Of a stretch of DNA of 64,000 nucleotides, positions 56,001-64,000 are shown one piece after another. The position numbers were made by a program, and so were the translations under genes. Every line of letters starts with the position of its first letter. Position 1 is the first letter of the stretch. This DNA is from the human T2T-CHM13v2.0 reference genome, Homo sapiens. Where the stretch lies: the NCBI RefSeq assembly GCF_009914755.1, contig NC_060935.1; one strand, written 5' to 3'. Below the pieces are notes generated by a model. The model was not told the origin of the DNA, ran no database searches, and saw nothing but the letters and a program-made list of their open reading frames with translations.

Positions 56001-58396
56001 ATAATTAATACCTGTAAAGAAAGCATTAAATGTTTTAAAATAAATTGCAGATAGTATCTTCACAGAAAATAGCAAGAATGTTAGATGTTCAAATGCAGGT
56101 TTCATACAAGAAAAATTTTAAAAATTACTATTTAAAAACACGACTTGAAAAGTAAAACAAAAATTAATGGAATAAGGGATGGACATGGCTAAATATTAGA
56201 CTAAAATGATATATTGGATGTGAAATAAAACATAAAAAGACAAAGAATTAAATAGAATGGAAGATTAAAGAAACGGAGAGATACAGAAAGTCAGAGATGA
56301 AAGAAATAATAAAAAGAAAACACAGGACAATCTTTCTTTACTTGAATAACTTTAGAGTTCGGGTTGAAAGTTCCACCAAGTCTCAGTGAGAATGATCAAA
56401 AAACCAAACCAAACAAACCAAAACAAAACAAAATCTCATATGTGACATATACAGGTAAAATTTCTTAGCTAAATGGAAAAATAAAAATAAAAATCTAACA
56501 AAGAATAAGCAAGTTATGCATTTTTTAAAAGGTCACATTATATTGGCAGGGCACATTTCAACTGTAACAATGTGCTAGAAATTCATGAAGACAAATTTTT
56601 AAAAGATTCCAAGAGAAAATGAGTGATGTTTCTAAAATTCTCCCAATGACTTAAGGAGTTGCAAACAAGGGGTTTGTTTCTAGAATCAATTCACCACAAC
56701 AGGTTGCATACATTTGATTTTTCAAGAAGTTTGCAAATTGGAAAAGAAAAATTAGAAAGACTACCAGCAAGAATCAGTAATCAAAGTTATCAATAATAAC
56801 TTAATGTTTTGGCTTAGAAGACAATACCAAAAGTACTGCATAATCAAAATGTACAGTAATACATGCTCATTCTATTATATTTTGGATCTGTCAAGAAAAC
56901 TTAAATGAGTTTTGTGCATTCTTTGTCAATGCATTATATCTCTCTGTATATAGCAATCTGAAAATTTTCCATCAATTATGGTTAGACTTCTAAATCATTT
57001 GAAATTTCAAAGTGATTAGTAAAATGGTGAGTGAAAATGGTAGATAAATGAAGTATTTTTGGAATAAATTTAAACACGCTTAAAATGCTATAACAAGTTT
57101 ATAAACTTACTTATCTGGAATTGACTAAATAGAAAAGTCCTAGATACAGCATCAATTTTATAAAGTCAAGTCAATAAACTAGAAGGACCATTTTTATTAT
57201 TTTTTACTGCATTGTTTTATTTTCTTAGTGTACATGCTATCAGCAAAGTCTGAAGGCATGGTTTGCACATGAAAAGGGTTTTAGCAACTCATAAATAATA
57301 TAACCAGAGATAAGAGGGGAAAGTAACATTATTTGTTTCTTTAATTTGTGTTTAGTGGGACAATTTTATTAGGACTTTCTCCTTGTCACTTTATGAATGA
57401 CTAAAAAAAGAACAAAGAAAAAGGAGTTGTGCTTCTGAAACAATAGTTTGGAAACAAAGGTAACATTTGAACAACAAAGCTAGGCAATATTGAAAAAAAT
57501 TAAAAATCAACATCTAAGAAATAGTTGGCAGTAAATATCAAAAATTTTACTATGAAGTACACTCCTTACTGACTTTGGAGGAAAAAAAGTATTCTGTGAC
57601 ATTTCTCTCTATTCGTTAGAAATTGTAAACACATCCTCAGTGAAATATCTACAAATAACAAAAAGCTGTTAATTCTTTCCGTGTAGAGTTGTGTGACTGT
57701 CTGTTATGAACACAGTCTATACTTGCAGTGGAGGTGGGAACTGGCTTCTCATTTGGGTTCTTTTTGTGACCAGTGGCAGTACAGCTCATTCTCTCTGAAA
57801 GCTACTTTTAGATAGGGTAACATTTCCTTAAGGCAAAACTATTGCTTGCAGCTCATTGAAACCTTTCCTACTGGCTGAGCTAAATGGGCAGATGTGTTAG
57901 GTATATTTATTTTTAGTGATAATATAAAAGAATGATTCACGTTTACATGGTGATTTGCAGATTACTGTGGTCTACTTTCACATTTAAACCTACTTCCTTG
58001 ACATAATATGCAGGTGTAGTAATTGCTTAACTGATTTCTGAGATAAAACACTAACTCCTTGTGGGAGAAATTATGCATATTGTCTATATCACAGCACTGT
58101 ATTCTCTGCATCTAGTCATTCATTCATTTAATTATTTTATTATTCATTCTATTCTTATCAAGTACACTGTTAAGCTCTGAGAATATAACTTGGAAGAAGA
58201 TGAGCACAATCCCTTCCTTCGTGATTTTAACATTCAAGTAGAGATTATACATTTTTAAGAAAAACATTTACAAGTTTCAGATGAATGATACATGAACTAA
58301 CATTCTGAGAGTCGAAGGTATTTGGCCAGGCTAAATTTCTCATAAGGTGACTCTTGGAACTATGGTAAATAACTTTAAAATCTACATTCTCTAAAT

Positions 58397-58936
58397 CAAG
58401 GGTCGCAACCCTGGGCCATGGACAAGTACCAGTCTGTGACCTGTCAGGAACTAGGACACACAGCAGGAGGTGAGCGTGGGTGGGTTAGCAGTCAGGGAAC
58501 CTCATCTGTATTTACAGCTGCTCCCCATCATTCTCATTACTGCCTGAGCTCCACCTTCTGTCAGATCAGCAGCAGCATTACATTCTCATAGGACCGTGAA
58601 CCCTATTTTGAACTGCACATATGAGGGATCTAGGTTGTGTGCTCCTTATAAGAATCCAACGCCTGATGATCTGTCATTGTCTCCCATCACTCCTAGATGG
58701 GACCATCTAGTTCCAGGAAAACAAGCTCAGGCTCCCACTGATTCTATGTTATGGTGAGTTGTATAATTATTTCATTATAAATTACAATGTAATAATAATA
58801 GAAATAAAGTGCACAATAAAGGAAATGCACTTGAAACATACTGAAACCATCTCTCCGCCACACCTGGACCCCGGTCCATAGAAAAATCGTCTTCCACGAA
58901 ACCGGTCCCTGACGCCAAAATGGTTGGGGACTGCTA
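58397..58936 (+). mobile_element. MER1A (hAT-Charlie non-autonomous DNA transposon)
   Basis: TIR-like ends caagggtcgcaacc / ggttggggactgcta, ~540 bp, characteristic 'gagggatctaggttgtgtgctccttata'; degenerate 8-bp TSD ctctaaat/ctctacta. Confidence 0.9.
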
Positions 58937-59599
58937 CTCTACTAGGACTGCTACTCCTCTCTGATTCTACCCGGAGAGGAAACAGTAGGGCATACTTGAA
59001 ACTGTATTCATAATCCAAAATTACTTAATGCAAATTCTTGAATACATATTTTTATAGGTATACATAAAGTGAGTGGTGTATGTGTGCGTGTGCGTGTGTG
59101 TGTGTGTGTGTGTATGGTGGTGAGGAGAGGTATTATGCAAAGCAAGGTAGCACTCTGGTTAAAATCTTTTATTATGAACCCGGTTTGACTATCTATTTTA
59201 AGGGATACTTGCTGTGTTGCTTTACATTGTGTCCCTAAACTTCCTATATTACAATTTTTCTTATCTGTAAAATGGGGTTGATGAAAGTGATGACAATGAG
59301 ATGAGATAAAGTTAGTCCATCATTTCGCATGCAGAAAAACTAACTTTGAACCTTAGTCGTATTACAGGGGTGACTAATATTTTTGTTAGTACATTTGTGC
59401 CATGTTCTATGTTCTAACCAATTTTCCCCTTTGTAAAAGTATTCCATTCCCTACATTTTGAAATGCATTAAAGCTTGCTAGTGTTAGCTTATGAAAGCAG
59501 ATGTATTGGTATCACTTTTCCACAGCTTTGTTGACACAACTGTGTGCAGATCAATATGTATTCTTATCTCAACCAACTCATTTCACTTGTAATGAAGTG

Positions 59600-60060
59600 A
59601 ACTGTAATATATGCATCAACGGGTTGGATAATCCACAAGGACCCCATCTTAAAGAATAATACAGGTTCACCAAATTCTCCCTGCTTTTCCTCTTGGCACA
59701 CAGTGAAGCAAGTGTTCATGTCTTCCGGGCAGCTAGTCAGAACCATGAGACTGGGTTCTGGCCAATACACTGTGGCAGAGGTGATGTATACCACCTCTAG
59801 ACCTGGAATATTAGAAAGTCTTATACAGTCCATCTATCATCCCTTGACAGCTGGCTAGATTCAGAAGGTAAAGTGCAGGTTGACTTCGCCCAAGAACATT
59901 CATAGAAAAAAAAAATCTCGAGTCCTTGTATAATTCCATGAGCAGAGCCCGTGCCCCACTTATCCATTGAGATGGGCCATTAGTCATTTCTTTGCATGAA
60001 ACCAATGAAAATGTTGAGTTGTCTCAATTTGGAGGTTGTTTATAAGTGCAATAGCCTACC
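59600..60060 (+). mobile_element. MLT1I/J-like LTR fragment
   Basis: 'ccatgagactgggttctggccaat...tgtggcagaggtgatgtataccacctctagacctgg'. Confidence 0.6.
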
Positions 60061-60381
60061 CTATGCCGTTTCTCTATTGAAAATTAAAGGAATTCATTGT
60101 GTAAGAAAGAAACGGAGGGAGAGACAGAGAAAGAGACAGAGATGGAAGTTCTAAGGAGAATCTATTTTTTTTCTCATTGTAGTGAATGTATTTTTCCCAT
60201 TGTAGAGAATCTATTTTCTTCCCATAATTTATTTGGGCCCATCTTTTGCAATAGAAATAACAATTGTATGTAAAATATCACCACTGTAGAAAGACTATTG
60301 ATTATAAGGAAGAAGAGAAAACTAGGGAAACAAAGAAAATAGACATATTTTATAATTTATTAAGTTAAAAACACCAATTCT

Positions 60382-60627
60382 CCCAAGCAGCTGGGACTAC
60401 AGGCTACCGCCACCACGCCCAGCTAATTTTGTGTGTCTGTGTGTGTTTTTAGTAGGGACGGGGTTTCACCATGTTTGCCAGGATAGTCTCGATCTCCTGA
60501 GGCAGGAGAATGGCATGAACCCGGAAGGCGGAGCTTGCAGTGAGCCCAGATGGCACCACTGCACTCCAGCTTGGGCGACAGAGCAAGACTCCGTCTCAAA
60601 AAAAAAAAAAAAAAAAAAAAAAAAAGC
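60382..60627 (+). mobile_element. AluY with inverted 5' segment (twin-priming structure)
   Basis: Minus-orientation segment 60382-60500 joined through ctga microhomology to the plus-orientation 3' part and ~A28 tail; 13-bp TSD aaacaccaattct at 60369-60381 and 60628-60640. Confidence 0.9.
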
Positions 60628-60777
60628 AAACACCAATTCTTTGAAAGAAAAAGAGACTTTCTGTAATAAAGATTTGATATTTGTGTTCAAGCAAAAAGTA
60701 CACACACACACACACACGTCGGGACTTTAAAAAGTTAACAAAAATTGACCTAAAAGATAATATAAATATAAACTTTC

Positions 60778-62109
60778 TCAACATAAGCTTTGTAAAGTTC
60801 AAGATTTTTTTTAAACAGTGATACCAGCCATTTAGTGCATCCCTAAAGAACTAAGTATGATTCTAGGAATTAAATCATGTCAATGTCATCTTTTTTACAT
60901 AATTAACTGAAAAAATATGTTTCTTTTACAGATTTTTAAATTTTAATTTTTAATTTTTGTGGATGTATAGTAGGTGTGTATATTTATGGGTACATGAGAT
61001 ATTTTGATACAGGCATACAATGCATAATAATCCCATCAAGGTAAATAGGGTGTCCATCACCTCAAGAATTTATCCTTTGTGTTACGATACATTTTAATTA
61101 CTTTCAAATACACAATTAAATTTTACATGTATACATACTATAGTCACCTTGTTGTGCTACCAAATACTAGGTGTAATTCATTCTTTCTATCTTTTCTGTA
61201 CCCATTGACCATCCCCTGACTACCTCCTTCCTGTCTCTGTTCTTTACAGATTTTTAACAATTAGGAAACAAGAATACATTAGAAGGAGCCAAATCAAGAC
61301 TATAAGGTAGATGCCTAATGATTTTCTACAGAAACTTGAAAAAGTGCCCTTGTCTTATGAGAGGAACAATCAGCATTCCCGTGGTGGAAAAAGACTCTGG
61401 TAAAGTTTTCCTGTTAAAGCTTTGGCTTTCTCAAAACACTTTCCTGATAATCAGATGATACCCTTCTTCAGCCAGCCATCCAGTAAGTCAGTAGCAAAAT
61501 GCCTTGAGCATCCCAAAAACTTGTTGCCATGACCCTTGCTTTTGACTGGTTCACTTTTGCTTTGACTAGACCTAGTCCAACTCTTGTTAGTCATTGACTA
61601 GATAGTGCTTTTTCTTCAGGGTCACACTGATGAAGCCATGTTGCATCTTCTGACACAGTTATTTGAAGAAATCTTTTATGAGCTTCAGGATCTTTAAAAT
61701 TCCCACTGATAGCTATGCTCTTGTCTACAGCTGATCTGAGTGCAATGAATTTGGCACTGCTCGGGTGGAAAGTTTGCTCAGCCCTAATGTTTCATTCAGA
61801 ATTGTGTAAGCTCATCCTATTGAGATGTCTGTGGTGTTGGCTCTTGTTTCAGTTATTAATCATCAGTCTTCTTCAATTAGGGCAAAAACAAGATGAATTT
61901 TTTTCTTGCAAATTGATGAGGATGTTCTGCCACCATGGGGTTCATCTTCAACATCATCTAGATCCTTCTTAAAATGAATTATTTATTTGTAAACTGCCAA
62001 GTTCTTTGAGATCATTGTGCTCATAAATTTTTTGTAAGGAACTACTCTTCTATCTAAGCTTTATCATAAATTTAGTGTGTGTCCTTGCTTCAATTGCAGC
62101 AGAATTCAT
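60778..62109 (-). pseudogene. HSMAR2 transposase pseudogene (frameshifts/stops, interrupted by L1MA)
   Basis: Minus strand starts ATG AAT TCT GCT GCA ATT GAA GCA AGG (MNSAAIEAR, cf. recalled MNSAKIEAR); C-terminal FFRDALNGWYH...AYVEK; no intact ORF in the track. Confidence 0.8.
60938..61240 (-). mobile_element. L1MA1/2-like 3' end inserted in HSMAR2
   Basis: 'atagtaggtgtgtatatttatgggtacatgagatattttgatacaggcat'; 13-bp TSD tttacagattttt (60925-60937, 61243-61255). Confidence 0.85.
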
Positions 62110-63339
62110 ATTGCTCTGATAGGGGCTCTTCTCAAACTGATGTTTTATTCTTAGTGCCTCAAACTAGATCCTGTTCAGGCACATAATAACAATTTAGTAT
62201 GAGTTTATTTTAGTCAAAAACTTTTGAAATCCATATATAATGTTTTGATAATATGTATTTTCCATGACCTTTTTGAAGACCCTTCATATATATGTGTGTA
62301 AAATCTCCATACTTTGAACACATATTATGATTTTCTCCTAGTGTGTTCAACTGGTGCAATAGTTTTAATAAACTCATATACCCTTGACATACAGACTTTT
62401 AATGTACCAATAAAAGTATTGTGTAGACAAAATAACCTTGTCAATTCTAGGGTAAAGAAATAGTATTTCACTTTTTGGCTCAGGTATGCCAAGCTTCCCT
62501 GATGAGTCCTGCATAGGAGATGTGTAAGATTTTTGAACAAATATTCTGGCCTTCAACAGAGAACACAATTAATTAGTGAAGATAGGGATGTTGGATTGAG
62601 TAAAGGGTAACATTTTGACTGTGTAGTTCTGAAGGCAAAATTTGTGTTTTTAGGGGGAAAGAAGTGAGCTATTCCAAGACATACATTCCATAGTTTTTTA
62701 TTATTTTAGTATACATAGGTATGCAGTATTAATTTTTATAAAGCCTTTCTGACCTGGATGATGGGAATTTAATTAAATAATAATCATGGAGCAAAACTCC
62801 TATGGCATAATAGAATTTCCTCAAGATCCATAAGATTGTATAGAACAAAAAATTCTAAAAGGAATGGATTATTTTATTGATTTGTATTCCAATTTGTAAT
62901 CCAGAGACTTTTATCATACCAAATATAAATAATTAATTTATTAAATACTAAATATAGATACTTTGCTAGGCAGTTACAAAAAGTAAATAGGAAAACATTG
63001 AGCACTTTTATAAACTATTGCACAGATTTGCCTGAGAATTTTGATATATCCAACTTTCTCAAAAGTGGTTCTAAACTTTTACCTCTAGAGAAATAAAATG
63101 GAATGAAGTTTATGTAGAGTTTACTTCTAGTACCATCTTATATTATGAATTTCTAACCACTAGTGTTTTTTAAAATGGAATTCAATTTCAGCAACATTAC
63201 CTATTTACACTTTAAATCAAGTTAGTACCTTTGAATTCAGTTTCTCATACAGAATGGAAAAGTAGAAAATGTTCATGAAGCCTGCCTCTACCTTGCTTCA
63301 GGCAAAGGAGATCAGAATCAGAGTAGTCAGCAATACAAC

Positions 63340-63449
63340 AAAAAAAAAAAGGAAAGAGAAGAAAAGAAAAGAAAAGAAAGGAAAAGAAAAGAAAAGAAAG
63401 GAAAAGAAAAGAAAAGAAAAGAAAGGAAAAGAAAAGGAAAAGAAAGAAG
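63340..63449 (+). repeat. (GAAAA)n polypurine repeat
   Basis: ~110 bp of A11 followed by GAAAA/GGAAA units. Confidence 0.95.
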
Positions 63450-64000
63450 AGTGTGTACTAAGAGTTCTACAGCCTTTGCCGTATGTTCTGCTACAGGTTG
63501 GCCAAATTGGATGGAATCTTTTTGTTTAATTGGAATCTTCCTACCTTCATTCATGGATGTCGTTTGAGAGTATAGCTAACAGTCCAACTTGGTGACACAT
63601 TTGTGTTTGGTGAAATTAAGTACCAAGGACTGAGCTGACCAATGCCTGTGCCCACTCCACCCTACCCCTTTACTTGTTAGCCTTTTCAAAAATTAGGGCT
63701 TGCTGATGGTCCTGGTAGTTAATTATCTCACTTGGTTCATTAAGATCTAACTTTAATGGACTGTCATTAAATCCTGCAGACTCTTCCATGCTCATTTTAG
63801 GGCCTTTACACATACTAGTTTTTCTTCTACCTGAAGGGTTTTCTCACCCTCTTTTTATTATGGCTTGTTTCTACTCACACCTTGAGTAGCAACTGCACTA
63901 TTAAGTTCACAGATGAAATCTCATTTGAATACAGTCTTGTCTCCCTATTTCCTCTTAATTTATTTTTTTTTACAGAGATCAATATAATTTGCAATTATTT

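Larger units (their letters stand above)
60717..62286 (-). mobile_element. Complete decayed HSMAR2 mariner transposon
   Basis: TIR-like ends (cgtcgggactttaaaaagttaac / ccatgacctttttgaagacccttca followed by TA); contains the transposase remnant described separately. Confidence 0.88.

Overview
AT-rich, CpG-depleted primate genomic DNA, almost certainly human (an AluYg6-type element, a HERV-K LTR5A and a HERV-H LTR7-family LTR are present). It looks like a gene desert or the interior of a very large intron. I can support no protein-coding exon or RNA gene: the ORF track consists of Alu, L1, LTR and microsatellite read-through or chance AT-rich ORFs. The window is dominated by layered transposable elements: a near full-length old L1 (~17.7-25.15 kb, minus), a complete THE1 MaLR provirus plus two solo THE1 LTRs, solo LTR5A, LTR7-family and LTR1/27/28-group LTRs, a complete decayed HSMAR2 mariner, MER1A, about 11 Alu/FLAM copies and many MIR, L2, L1M and MLT fragments. 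The most unusual structures are two independent TSD-flanked AluY insertions with inverted 5' halves (twin-priming signature), a tandem pair of L1 3' ends that looks like a 3' transduction, a cluster of THE1 LTRs with intact DUX4 motifs, two motif-dense unique segments (E-box/MEIS and HNF1/SOX candidate enhancers) and a ~180-bp AT-rich quasi-palindrome. I found no new gene system. Subfamily names are from recalled consensus sequences, not from an alignment run.
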